This document shows, piece by piece, positions 42,601-57,600 of a DNA stretch of 64,000 nucleotides. The translations under genes and the position numbers were made by a program. The first letter of the stretch is position 1; every line of letters begins with the position of its first letter. A model generated the notes under the pieces. It saw nothing but the letters and a program-made list of their open reading frames with translations, had not been told where the DNA came from and ran no database searches. This DNA comes from Owenia fusiformis (lineage: Eukaryota). The DNA is taken from NCBI GenBank assembly GCA_903813345.2, contig CAIIXF020000001.1, forward strand, positions 46,562,001-46,626,000, given 5' to 3'.

Positions 42601-45600
42601 TCCCCACTGATTCACTCCCATTATTTGATTGATTACACCCGCATAATCTGGATAATTGACCCACACACGATTGACTCATGACCCACTTCTAATTTACATG
42701 ATTGGAAATGATGAGCAAGTACATTTCAAGCAATTATATTTCAGAATGTTGTATTGGTTCTTATATGCATAACATAATTTCTTTAGTATGATGATTTTCA
42801 CAGAAAATGCTATCAACTCACTGTTTTCACAATTGAGGTAATATGGACTTGCTCATACATTTTAAAATAAGTCATTCTATAGATGTAATAAACACCATTA
42901 TACCAATATATACTATAGGGTCATGCAAATTAACAATAAACCTGAAAGTCCATTTATTTACATAATACAAGACAAACTATAATTTATCAATAAGAGAAAA
43001 TATGTGATGACTTAATGTCAAATACATTCGTGTAGTCTTAACAATGAAATGTTTAAAATCTTTTATTATCTATGTGTTATTACCATATCATACATGTGCA
43101 TGTTCCGAAACCCATATTTCATACACATAACATTATACAAGATTTATCAACGCACAGAAAGCCACTCTGACCATATTTGTTTGACACATTTACCCAGAAT
43201 TTATAATAGAATAGAATATAAAAGTTTGAATTTTTTATAGAATCATTATAATTTGAATAATTTGAATGACACTCCTCAAATTCTTCATAGATTTCGATAC
43301 AATATGCTCTATATATGGTGTCAATTTCAATCCGATCAAAATATTTTTTCCCACTACAATCCATTCTATTTCACCAAACAAAACTGGTCATCATGACCCC
43401 AACAAGATTTACGTCTGCAAAATGTGAAACTGAGGCTGGGTATAGATTGACATACCATGAGGATCACATCTACATCAGCCAATGCAGTGAGGTTGGGGAA
43501 TGTTTCATCTATTGTGTAATGGATCTTATATGTCAGGTCTCCTCCATAGGATGAAAGCTACAACAAAGTACAACATGGTACATTTTAAAAACAAAGCAGC
43601 ACATGAATCGCTTTAAAAATCACCAAATATGATACATCTGCTTTTTTAACAGGAACAGTAGCAACAAACATTTGGCCAGTTATTGAGTTTCAGGCACAAA
43701 CATAGAATACAGGCCAGTAGCCCCTTGGTAAAACCGCTCACCCATGTGAAAACTGGCTTGGGCCTGGAATACATTCTTACATAACATCATATTTACAACT
43801 GGGGAAAATTTCAAATAATAGTGTGAAGTTATATCTGTACATCAATTGGTCTTTCTCAGACTTACTGCAATGATTTACAGACATGTAACTAAATATAATA
43901 TGTATGTATGAACAAGTTAAATTCTAACATTTCTACATGCAACATGTTATATACCTTGTTTCCTAGGTACTCTCTAGGGGCATGCCAGTAGAAGAGGCTT
44001 TTGTTCTGGACCGGTGTATTCACTAAGTCATCTTTGGTAAAATAAACATAGTCATCTGTCTTCCTGGGTATAGCATAGCCATCTCTGAACCCATCTGTCA
44101 CAACCCAGCCACTCAACTTGTCTTCCTGAAAAAGGAAACATTTAACTTCATTAATAGTCATCTGTTAAATACTCTTAGGATAGTCACTTTTTAGATAAAC
44201 ACTGAACCTGACTGTGAGTGCAAAGTGTATAAATTCACCCCCTCCCACCCAAAGTTTATAAAGATTCATAATTTTGGGGAAAATATTTTTTCCAATTTCT
44301 GTACACACAACATCTGGACAGCTCAATAATTGTACACAATAAGCTCACTGTAGCAGATCTTACAATATCTGACTGTGGTAGAGGTTTCCTGATACCCTCC
44401 TTGAATCCTTGATGGACCAAAGATACTGGCTCTTTGTCTGTGTATATTTGTATAGATATGTGATAGAGCTTGTTTGACAACACAGAGTGGTCAGTGATAT
44501 TCTACTTGACATATACATATCATCACTTTTAAAATTGATAGTGTGGTGAGACTGCATGTTTCCCATGTGTGGGTCATCTTCCAGAATTTGAACCAGTCTG
44601 TTTATGATTGTATCTTACCTTTCAGGGATTGATGTTGAAAATTTGAAGATCTCCCAAAAAATAATAAGCCCCTTTTAAAAAAGTGGGCTCCAATTTCCCC
44701 ATAAATAAGGCTATTTTTCAAAGTCAATTTTCCAGAAAATGAGGCCTTTTTTCAAAAAATGAGGTTCCTCCCCCATCATTGCTTTAAAAGTGAAATAAAA
44801 CAAACTTTCAATTGAAAATAAATTCATATCGGATTATAGAAACCTATAATGCTGTAAATGACAAGATTTGCTGGTGTGACTCCAAAATTTCACATGTTTT
44901 CTTAATATACAGTGCTATGCATACTTGAACATGACACAATGGGCAATACAAAAGGTCATTAAAGAACTCTGTTGCATAAGTATTAAAAGATCAACATGTG
45001 AATGAAGTCTAAAGACAAAAGTACAGCCATATGATATATTGAGTGCCAAAAAGATCTCAAAGAGACCATTTTCTCACCTTCCCTATATTTCAGCGAATGA
45101 TGAAAAACATGTGCACCTAGTTTGCCTGTTCTGAGAGTTAGTGTTAGTTTCATATGATAAGGAAGTGAGGTGAAAATGACAGTGATGAACTCCATGTCTT
45201 ATTAACCTTAATCTGGTCACCTTGCATGACAAACACACTCCAGTCTCTATAAACTATTTCTCCATGCTGAGAGTATTCTGTCTTACACAGTCTGGGCAGA
45301 AGCAATTTAATTAGGACATGGGGCAAAAATATGTATTTGAAGATTCCTTAAAAACATTGAAAAAATTGGGCACAATTTTTAGCATATTGTAGAAACTGAG
45401 GTACGAAATTGCTGCTTTTGTCCAAATGTGAAATAAATTTGGAGCCCATGCTCACCATAAAGGAGTGGCTTTTGGCCACTTAGGGTATCATGGTTTATGC
45501 TTGATTTGTTTGTATACACAGAGGGTATATTATCAACGTAACTTGCATGCTTGTTAAACAAGATGATATTTTCTGCAAATATGGCTTTAATTAGGTGATT

Positions 45601-48600
45601 CTTTCTGTAAGGGCTGGTTCCAATCTTGTTAACTATCATGCTTGGTGTCCCATCATCAAAAACAGATTTTGTTTAGTTTTTTCATAATGATGGTTCTAAT
45701 AAGGTAGAAGTGATAAGCACGCTTTCAGCTCTCTAACAACTCACAGAGGTGTATAGTACCTAGAATATGCACAAACCTTTTGGACTGGTAAACAGGTGCT
45801 CACTCAGATTATAAAAATAATAGATAATTTAGAAAAATTAACTTTCAATTATTTCTTATTTCTAACAATTATTAATTTATCTGAACATATGAGTAATATG
45901 TACATTTAAAGGTAAAACTGTTTTTCAGCACTTTGTGTGAAGTTGGTGACATGTATTCAAACACAAAAGGTGAAATTCTTGTTATGAACAAGAACTTCTG
46001 AAGACATAATCTCTTACACATTGCAATGGTAACAATCATTCCATTGAAAGTATCCCATAATGCACTATTTAGTTGCAGAAGATTTATGGAGGGCTCTACA
46101 GGGTTTATGTCAGCCACCCTGTTGTATCTATCAAACATGGTTACTCTGACCACAAACTGTCAGCATCAATTCCATAGACAATAAATCAACATTTTCTACT
46201 GCTTGGTAGGCAGTATTTAGCTTAATAAAAACATTGGACTTATTTGTGCTAACTATACTTTACTATTTTATCCTTGAATGACCATTTTCCGTCTGCTACT
46301 GACTACACAGGTGTCTACAAAGGGAGGAACATTTCTCAGGGATATTTTACTTTGGTCAATTATTCAACAAGAAACACTCAATTTTTCCCTTTGAAAAATA
46401 CTTGCCTTTTTGTTTGGCATTCTCTATGGTATTTTGCAATCTCTAGGCACAGAGCCTTTGAAGGTGGTATGCACCACACAGAATCTCTGGTAATTGGAAA
46501 CATGATGAAAAATCACTAAAAACCTTGGATACAGCCAAAGCTAACAAAACTCAAATTTGGTGGCTTGTAAAAACAAATTAATAGAACTAGTATGCCAGTT
46601 ATTTGAGATGATAATAGCCCACTAAGGGAGTATAAGGAACATCTGTAATCCACCAACCTTACATTTAATTCTCCAACCAATCCTACAACCTTACATTTAA
46701 TAATATTTGGAACTTTTTTCCTCTCAAAAATATAACTTGTATCCATTTGCTATCACAACAGTATTAATTTATAGATATTGACAAAACTAAATATATTCTC
46801 AAAAATACTTTTAGAAATGAAGCAACTCCACTGAAAAGTTAAGATCAATTCTATAGATCTAAGATGAGAGCTGTGGTTTGGAGATTACTTTTTGTTATGG
46901 GAGATTGAATGACAAAATATTTAATGTATCAACATGGAGTATTACATCTGTGGTGGATTAACTAGCAAGAACATCTCTGTTAAACAGCATGAAATAGTAG
47001 GCCACCTTGTAAATAAAATTGAATATTTTTTTGTTATCACGATCGCTTCATTTTTCATCTTAATTAATTAACTGTCAACAGATTTTCTTTTACTTCTAAT
47101 TTATGATCCCTACTTTAACTTGTTCATGCTTTTCCTGAATTTTTCATTCCTTTTTGAGGGAAAAATTGAAAATCAAAGCTATCATTCTTTGTTGGTTGAA
47201 CAAGTCATGAAATGTGAGTGATAGAATAACACAGTGTAAGTTTATCTAAATTAAAATGTGGTGGTCACATTCTTCACTTTCATATTAGAGAAATACTCCC
47301 ATGGCCATAACACTGGTCAAATAAACACAAATGTGAATTTAAGTTTCAAAACCTTGTATATTCTATATGGAACACATCAGTAACAGGAACACCTCCATAA
47401 GTGGAACATTTTTTCGGTCCAGTTACCCATTAGAGTTCATATAAAATGAACCTCTATAGGTGGAACACCTCTGAGAAAGAACACTATTTTTTGAGGTACC
47501 AAAGATGTTTTACCTGTTTAGCTAGATATTGATAAGCAATTTACATTATTTGAAATCTATCCGGATGGGGCCAATTGGATAGTTTTGAATTTGTCTGCAT
47601 ATGACATTATTGTGCACTGAAGCTTCAAGCTCCAAGATAATTCAATCTCAATGCCTTAATTCAATCTTTGAGATATCTTTTGTGTACTCAAGTATCAATT
47701 TCCAAGATAAGTCAGATCCTAAATTCAATCTTTGAGATGTCTTTGTGGACTGAAGTATCAAGCTCCAAGATAATTCAATCTCAGAGCCTTGATTCAATTG
47801 TGGAATGACAGAATCAACAAAACAACATTCACATGCTTCGACTATGAAAATTGACATGGTCCATTGGGCATTGTTCTTCCTAACATTGTTCAATAGAATA
47901 ACACTTATTTAAAGAAATCAAATGAGTGCATACCTTGTCTTTTTGAAGATCAGACTCCGTGCATACATTAGTGATTCCAAAGCAAAAGCAAGCTGTACAA
48001 CCATCAGGGTTTGAGGCATCTAGGTTGAAATATCCAGGGAGACATTTGTCACATTTTTCTCCATACACATTGGCCTAGAAAATATTGATAGGGGCATCAT
48101 TTCATTGTATCACAAATCACTTTTTGTTTGTATAAATTCAATAAATGCAATAAATTGTGGATGTCATGATATTGTCATGGTTATTAAAGAATCTAATATC
48201 AAAACGAGGTAAGGGGGCTATATCGGGGTAATCGGGCAATATTAGTGTATATAGCCCTCTAACTTTTCCATTAGCTTCCATACAAATGCTTCGCTAGGTA
48301 TGTAATTCTGTCAAATATGTAATTGATTGTAAAATCATATAACCGCAATAATAAAAAAAATAAGGAATGACTTAAAAATGGATATCAAGCATTTTACCTT
48401 GCATCTGCAAACACCATCACAAGTATCAAAATTGAGACTTCCTGCTCGGTTGCAGGGACATGGCTCACAGTTGGGGAATCCCCGAAATCCGGGAGCACAA
48501 CGATCACAGCCTTTTCCTGCATACCCCTCCCGACAGATGCAATCTCCTGGGTTCTAAAATACATTGTAGACAAAGAATGTTTATTCTAAACATTTAAAAA

Positions 48601-51600
48601 CAGTTTTATACTCTATACGCTTATTGAGAAAATATTCATAATGAGTGTATATAAAAATAAAGATAACACTAATCTGAATTTTACAGCTTATAAGATATTT
48701 CAATTCATAAAATTTGAAAGAGGGCATTGAAATGCAAAATGTCACCACCTGCCATTAGTTACAGACACTGACCACTGTAACATCAACTGCCGAACACAAA
48801 CTGCCGAATACCATCCACTGGTGGTGGTGACATAAAAACTTGGATGACCTTGAACAGTTACATAAAACTTACCAGGCCTTCATTGATTCTGGTATCATCT
48901 TTGATGCATGATCCAGTGGAGCCCTCCATCGGACAGTTACATCTCCAGGCACATGCATCAGGGGAGCTCAGGGGCACCCTACTTGGGCGATAAAAACCAT
49001 CCTTACACGTCTCACAGTTTGGACCATCAGTGTTGTGCTAGAACAAAATATATAAAACTCTCATTCTAAAATCCTACAATCGATATCCTCAAAAATTGGG
49101 ATATATAGAGATATTATGAATGTGAGTCAGATATTGATAGATAATATATTTATTGGAGAAAGTCTTTTTGGCCATCCAATTCTATGTTATGCAATAATGA
49201 ATAACAGCTGAGCATACAATCTATAGATAGGGATCATGAAAATGAATAATGGCCTCCAAATCATATCAAGATATAAGAGCCTCAAAAATATTATGTATCT
49301 GGTTTTGAAAGCTTGTATGCTTGTAAGGTAGAACATTTCAAGTTCCTATATTTTATGCAATGATATGAATTACTCACCTTACAGTTGAGGCACACGCCAC
49401 CTCCCTCATACTCTCCTCTGATGTTAATACTACGCTTCTCTTCAGCAATTGTTGCATTGTATACGCACTCATCACTGTGACCATAGCAGTTACATTCTGC
49501 AAGAAAATGAAGAATAAAACAATTACAAGACAATATATTTTGCCAATTTCACATTTTCATTTTCCTAAATAAATCAAAAATATATCAATTATATCATTTT
49601 AAAAAAAATTCTAAACTGGTGAAATATCATATCAACTATCAATGAAAGAATAAATGGTCAGCCATGATAAAATAGTATGTATCAGATAATAAATACAGCA
49701 TTGGTCCATGTTAAAATATTCTAATTAAACATTTTTCAAATACCATATATAAAAAAAATAACAAGGAAAATGGTCATCTTTCATGATATGCTCCTATTAA
49801 AATATATGTTTGGTATAGTTATAGTATGTGGTGATATAATACAAGTATGTGATGATCTCCAGTGTAAGACTACGAAATCACCATGTAAATGTGAGGCTGA
49901 ATCGTCATCATCTAGCCACACTCACCGAAAGAACATTTTAAGGTTTGATGATGATAACATCTTAATAATCCCATATGAAGCTTTCATAGACTTTATAGGG
50001 GTTTAAAGAGAATGTGAATTGAATGTTTGTTAGTTAGTAGTAGAAAATCCAACAATTAGATACAAATATCAAAGGGAAGGGTACAATGCATTTCAGCAAT
50101 ATAATACATCTCCTAAAGGTTCAGAAGTTATTTACAGACATACTGTTTGTAGCATTACTGCAGGTAAACTGCAAATTGAAAAGATGAAAGCGCCATTTTG
50201 CACACCTGTACTACCTGTAGGTGGCATCTATCCAGGTATAAAGAAACAGAGAGATCAAAGAAGTGACCCTGAAGTGGAACATCATTGACTTACTTAGTTA
50301 TGAACCAATGGCAATCGTGTGTAGAATCGAAGTGAATACATACTCTCAATTATTTTTCAGACCAGGTCTGATATGATGGTAAGATGGGTCAGTTTTTGAA
50401 AGAAACACCAGCAAAAGATGAGGACAATATAGGATTTTGATAAAGTACAATACATGCCATTATTGTTTTTAAGATGAATATCATATAAGGCAAATTTACT
50501 AAACCATCGAAAATGGCTTTTGAACTATAAGATATGGGTCCACATCAGATGGTGAACAGATTTTTGTTACTTGATTCAAAACTCGGCTGATAGTAGCAAT
50601 GGCAGATCAGTTGTTTTAATTTAGTTTAGGTTCAAAACTAAACAATTAAAACAAGAACATTCCATGATCTCCATTCTGATTTTAATTCACTTATTGTATA
50701 AATATCTGGGCTACTCTCGTTAATGAATATATCATATCCACTCATGAATAAAAATCATTTGACTCAAAAATCTTAAGATAATACATGCATATCCTATGCT
50801 GATGGGATAACCTTGCTGTAAGCTCTATTAGTCTCTATAGTCTCAGTCAGATAAACTTATCAGGCCATTTGTGATGAAAGAGCCGTTATCATCTGTTTCA
50901 GCAAGTTCTCTAAGGAAGCATGAAGCTTGTGTTATGGTCACTGAGTCTAACCATTGATCAATAATGTAATGTTATTCAGTCCAAAACATTTTGTAACAAT
51001 TCCAATATGTAAGAAGACGGATAGAAATTCCTGAATCAAGACTTCCTGGAGTATTATTTCCAAGACATTACAGAATAACACTGTACTTATTTATATTGGT
51101 ACCTTGATATTTGTGAGGGTTTATTCATACAGAAAGAGAAACCCTCTTTCAAACCTAGAATGTACCATTGAATATTAGAGGGGGTGGGGGTTTTACCCAT
51201 TTCCTCCAAACCTAACCAGAGTAATGTTTTCTGCCTTCCCAAAGGTGAAAAAGATATTTATTGAAAAAGGGATGTTCATAATAATTACTTCCTTTCAACA
51301 TTTAAACCAAGAATTTTGAGGGGATTTAGCTGATTTCCCCAAGGTCTAATACCTGTCCCCCAAAAGATAAACTTTACAAAATTGTATTTTCATTTGACTC
51401 ATCCAATATTCTCAAAAAAGGCAATGTGTACCTAATAATATGATGTATATTAAGTAAGTGGTTGAACCAGAATTCAGATAACTTCTCCAGCTCTTGGCAA
51501 TGTTTGTTTTGAATTATAAACAATAGAATATCGCTTAATGCAGGGTTCTAAACCTCATAAGTAAACATAAAACACCTTATGATAGAGAAAACCATTTTAC

Positions 51601-54600
51601 TTGTATTTTTCAAAATAAATTCCTTTGAAAATCTCATCATTAAGTGGTTACATCAAATTTATTTTTAGATGGCTGTTGAAAACAAGACTTGAACATATGA
51701 AATGAGAACAGCTATATTTCTTATATGATGACCCCATTAACATCCATGTTATACCAATATGCGACAACGTAATATTTATTTGAGAACTGGAAGCAAATAA
51801 CAAAACAACAACTCTCCAGAAAACACAATATACAAGAACATGTACAACACATTCTGATTTATCAGAGTCCCTCTTTACCTAACGCTTTTGAGACTATTCC
51901 AAAGGGATAGTAAAGGCTGTGGATCTCATAATGTGTACTACAGAGTCACAAGATGACATAAGATGTTTTAAGACAAATGTGAATCTATGACTTTTAATCT
52001 GATATGATTAAAGTTACTTATTTGTACTGCATTACACTTAAACATTTGTTCTACTTAAACTTAAAAAGTGGTAAAAAGGGCCAAAATTAAAATCTTTCAG
52101 TAATATGTGAGTTTATATCCCACCAAAATCTGGTGAATCTATTATGTTAGATCAAGGAAGATGTGGCATACAATTTACCTGGTAAATGCATCAGAAAGAA
52201 AACCTTAATTCTGAATACTAATTTGTTACAAGCTAAAGCTTAGTTGCAATTGCTACCCTCTTAAGATGGCAAATAGATATAGTTTTGATGCGATAAGATA
52301 ATGGCAATTAAGATGTTTTTCAAAAATGAGTATCAAACTAATAGAAAGGGTAATACAAGCTGCACACTTACAGAAACCTATATAAATATCTGGGAGTATA
52401 TCAAATCATATGGTTTATTTATGCAAGAGAAGGGATTAGAATAATGTATCAACACCACTTACAAGGGAATTCAATTTCAACAGATACTTACCCCTCAAAC
52501 TTTAATTCGTTGTTTTATAAACAATGTGCATTCATCTTACAGAGGAATACCCAAGAGTGATTCTCTCTGTTAAATCCAAATACAGTGGCACTTTCTCAAG
52601 GTTAGTAGTAGGAATTTGAAGGGTGCCAACCCTTGACTTATTTCACACAGGAGTGCAAATATAGAAAGATCTTATCAGTACTATTAAGTGCTTAAAACTG
52701 TTATTCTAATCCTCTTTGCAAGATCTCAACTTCATCTACACTCTTTAATTTAGAGATGATTCTTTGATCAAGCTATATCCAATCAGACTGTGTAGTCATT
52801 AAATAACAAGACTACATTTTGTCATATAGACATTACACCCATGGCTATGGATGATCCATGTGAGTTCATTAAGATTGTATGATTATGATCAAAACTGAAA
52901 AAATCAGTCGTAATAGTCAGAGGAAAGAGTAAATTTTTCAAGGGAAATAGACACAATGGCAATTCTATTTCTAACCCGATATGTTAACTTTTTAGTACAA
53001 GACTTTGTAGTAGGATTGTATATAGTGGGTTCTGTTGTAGATTCGGTGATTGATGGGGAGGTAAGGTAAACTCTCAGGGGGAGATCTTGTTGCCTAATAA
53101 CAAGCTTGCTTATTGCCCCATACATCTGGTTATTAAAACATCATGTCTCTATAGCCTATACCTAAAACAATGTAGCCATGGATTGGTGATCTCATTGGTA
53201 TGGTAAAATGGAGCTGAACGCAAAAAAAATCTGAAAATTACCTTCGAATCCAAAATATGAGAATTCATTGGTGCCCAGTTGAGGATTTTTAGGTAATTCA
53301 TGAACAATTAGGATTTGACTAGTTTTGGGCATTCATTAGGGAGGGACCATGTCAATATTTCAATGTTATCCTAAAACATAAATATACATTTCAGATAAAC
53401 CCCCCTCCTCCTGAAAAATATGATTGAAGATGTATGCAATTTCAAAAAATGTAATTTTATCATATCCCCTCCCTCCTTGTATTATAATTATTATGAACTA
53501 CATTGATATCTGACCTGTTCCTTTAATCAGAGTTCATCAGAAAAGTGATTTGGAAGACAATGGAAGAACACTGTAATCTTCCAGCACCAGCGAGTAAAAT
53601 TAAAACTGGTAAAGTTAAGACAAAAAGTCATGATTGATATTTTGAAAGTTTCCAATGGTCACAATCCTTGTAGGATGAGACTAACCTTGTGACCTAGAAA
53701 TAACATCTTACACTTTAAAAATAAACAGGGGTAACAAAAAGAGTAGAAAAAGTGATTGGTTTGCTTTGTGCTGAAAAATGATGCATTTAATCATAAAAAG
53801 TATTTGTAAATGCCAAGATCTTCTCCAGTATGTTATTAACTTTGACCTTCCATTCTTCCCTTCTACTATGACATCATTTATCAACTTGAGATATGTAAAA
53901 CTTTAGTAGTTCTTTCATATACAGTCTACCTGTGATACAGTAAAGTGAATTTTCGCTCTATAATTAGGCAAGGTGTGATATCAAACCAGAAAGATAGGTC
54001 CTAAAAAGGATGATAAAAATGATTTGTTAGAAAGTGACATGATAACTTAAGATTTATAGCTCTGGTATGTATTATACATGTACTTGCAGGGTACATGTTA
54101 CCAGTAAGTACATGTGGAAGTGTATAATTCAATATTTTTAAGACCATGTGTATGGTCTCGTATCAAGTCTCTGGACCCAGGCCCGTAGCCAGGGGGGGGG
54201 GTTCGGGGGGTTCGGGCGAACCCCCCCCCTGGCCAAAATCTCTTTCAAAATCATGCAGTTTTTCACCATTCTGACTATTTTTTGAGTGATTTTTGGCCAA
54301 ATTTGCCAAAGTGAACCCCCCCCTAGAATTTTTTGGAAAAGTGAACCCCCCCTTGGAAAATTCTGGCTACAAACCTGGGACCTCTATACCCAATATACTT
54401 AATGTACTTTTTTTTGGGGGGGGGGGTTGCACAAGGGCTCCAAAGACTAAGATGTGCAGTATAATTTGTGTGTTAATAGGGTTGAAAAATCATATAACGA
54501 TGATGGTCTTACCTACAGTTTAAAATGAGAACTGTGTGAATAAATATATGTATGTATGGATGAATAGACAGATACATAAGTAGGTGATTGCCTTAAAATA

Positions 54601-57600
54601 GCCAGCAAAAATATAAATGGTACTCTGTAAAGCTGCAATTTTGGAGCTATAGAAAGCTGCAATTCTAGAGCTGTAGAAAACTGCAATTTTGAAGCTATAG
54701 AAAGCTGCAATTTTGGAGCTATAAAGTTGGCATAACCTGCACCTCCTAGTAGATCAAGTACCAGTGAAGGCTTCCCCTACATCTATCAACAAGGCTTTCA
54801 AGAAAAAGATCAGGTTCAATGAAAAAACAAAATATCTCAGTGTTTCTCAGAGATGAGGTAATTTCCTGCTGATGTTTTCACCAGCAAAACAGAACTGAGT
54901 TTCTATGGTGAAAGATAGCTGTAGATCTCACATAGTGTAATGAGAAATACAGGTCCAGATCAGGATTAACTAACCTGTTGATTTGGGTCAATTCTTGATA
55001 AAATAAACTAACACTTTAGTGAACTGTATTATGTTAATACTTGATAACTCAACTAAAATTAAATGTAGTCCAATACAAGTACAGTAAAACCTGTGTATAT
55101 TGAACATTTTTTGCTGAGAAAAAATATAGAGTGTTGGTAGGTGTTCAGTCACTATGGAAAACGTAATTTATACAGAAGTAAGTAAAGTATGTGAAGAGGA
55201 AGGGTGTCTACTAAAGATAGGTGTTCACCAAGACAGGTTTTACTGTAGTCTCATTATATTCATCCACGTTAACTAAGTTATAAATGGTTAATAATATTGA
55301 TGGCATTTCAAGCTACTTTTTATTACCCATATCAGATCTCAATAATGTGCCCATCGATGAAATTGATAACAAGAACATGGTATTTGAAAACATGTACAGT
55401 ATCCACTTATTGACAGAAATCCAAAGGGGTGGTATAATAAAGAATGATTATACAGTGGATTGTTCCAACCAATATGATGCACAATGATATTTCAATAGGG
55501 TTGAACACCTTTCTTAAAGTTACTAGCTTGTGTTTTAGATCACTTTTGAAAACAAATACATACAAGCATTGTGGGATCCACAGCCTTTACTATCCTTTTG
55601 GAATAGTTCAGACTGTGGGTTACTGACTGTAATAAATGTTTCCTTTAACCCTAAAATGTACGGACCAATCAAATTATTTACAGAGTTCTATTGACCATAA
55701 GTATCATGGGAAGGCATTACCTGCAGTTGCATGATTACATAAGCAGACAAAGCCTAATGAGTGTGACCCAAACACAATTCCCTCCCAAATAATCCAAGTG
55801 TTGATATTTGCATGATAATTATTGTTTAAAATTCTAAATTGGAAAACAATAAGAAAAAAGAAGTATGTCAACATTATCATTGTTATTAATTTTCAATATA
55901 AAAACAAGAACCATCAAGATAAATAAAAGTTTTCCACATAATGAATTCATTGAATTAAAGTTTACAAAGGGGAAAACAGGACGGTGCATTCTTAGGCACT
56001 AATTTATTCCTCCATATACACTGATTTACTTGGAGAATGCACTGGCTAGGAACATGTTCTGCCTCATGATATATCAGAGTCTCTCAAAAGCGTTAGGTAA
56101 AGAGAGACTCTGATAAATCAGAATGACATACAAGGGATTAACCTGCAAAATGTTACCACCTGCTATTTGTTAAAGATGCCAACCGCTGAACACCGACCAC
56201 CAAACACCAACCACTGAACACCATCCGCAAAACTGTTGGAGACTTAAACAATTTGTGGTGACATAATCCTCATACAATCCCAACAAAACATTTTTCATCA
56301 TTTCTGATTACCAGTATGGATGTAAGGAGCCTCTGTCCATTCCTGTTAGACTCTAACTCACTCAATAACTCACCCATGTGCAGTTTAGAGCTACAGATTC
56401 TGAGTCAAAATACTGATTTCAAAACAGTTTTAGAACATGTCTGATAATCGCCAGGGAGAAAATAACCAGTTTTCAAAAGTTATCATAGCCACATTTTCCA
56501 TAAATCTCATTAGGCCCAACATTATTAGATTAAAGCCATATATTTAGTGGCACTTGACAATATTGGGAACACATGAAGCCAGTCCCAGGGGCATACACAC
56601 TGCACATGTCATATCATAGTTATTTCCAGGTTACATGTGGGAAAAGGCCAGACAATTTTTGGAAATGTTTACTTTTACACTATTTCTTTGAAAATATGAG
56701 CCCAATAATTGAGGCCCATTTTTAGAAAAGGTAAGCCATGAATGGTCATTTTTGACCTAAAATGAAAAAGAATCCGGACATTACCAGACTACCCCAGCCA
56801 GAATATACCCCAACAGCAGTGAAAATCCAAATGGTTCTTACCTTCACATACAAAGCTGTCCTCTGCACTACCTTGTTGCCATGGTTTCTGGTTGAATTTA
56901 GGGCAACATTTCTCACAACTGTCTCCACATGTATTGTGTTCACACCTGCACCTTAGGGTCTAAAACAGAAAAGTACATTGCTTTAATTCAGTGTTTAATT
57001 TGGGAATACATGTATACCCAGGTAAGTAGATTTTTTGTAATTTACATTTCTGTTTTCCTCAAATCAGCCAGATGGAACCAGAAATTGCTTATCAATATGT
57101 CTGCTGCATTTCAAATTTCACGTTTCCGTCCATGTCTGTTTTCAAGTCTTTGTTATGACAGATTCCTAAAAATGTCTGATATGAGTGTAAAATAAAATAA
57201 ATAAAGATACAAGACAGTATTTGTAATGGTCATGAAAATATTTAAGATTGCGTTGAGAATTAAAAATTGGCAAGAGGTCCAATTTTTTTCACATGGAGCC
57301 TATTTTGAGAATTTTAAACATGAGGCCTAGTTTATTTGAAAATTGGATCCAAATAGGCCCTAAATGAAGAAAATCCCCCCCCCCTCTACAACTGGAGGTA
57401 GATACTTGATACAATCCATACTAGGCATTTGTTTGCTTGTTTCACACCACTGGAACACATATACTAAAGTTTCTCCCTTTACTTTATTGTAATTGTTCAC
57501 AGGATCAAAGATTCTATGTTTGACGTGTTTCATTTCTGTCAATGCTCCACAAATGAAAGAACAAATGGTTACATATGGGTAATATAAACAACCCGGATGC

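Noticed and set aside
45379..46746. Cluster of 76-93 aa ORFs in the intron between exons 7 and 8 as a nested gene
   Set aside because: No recognisable domain or consistent splice structure.
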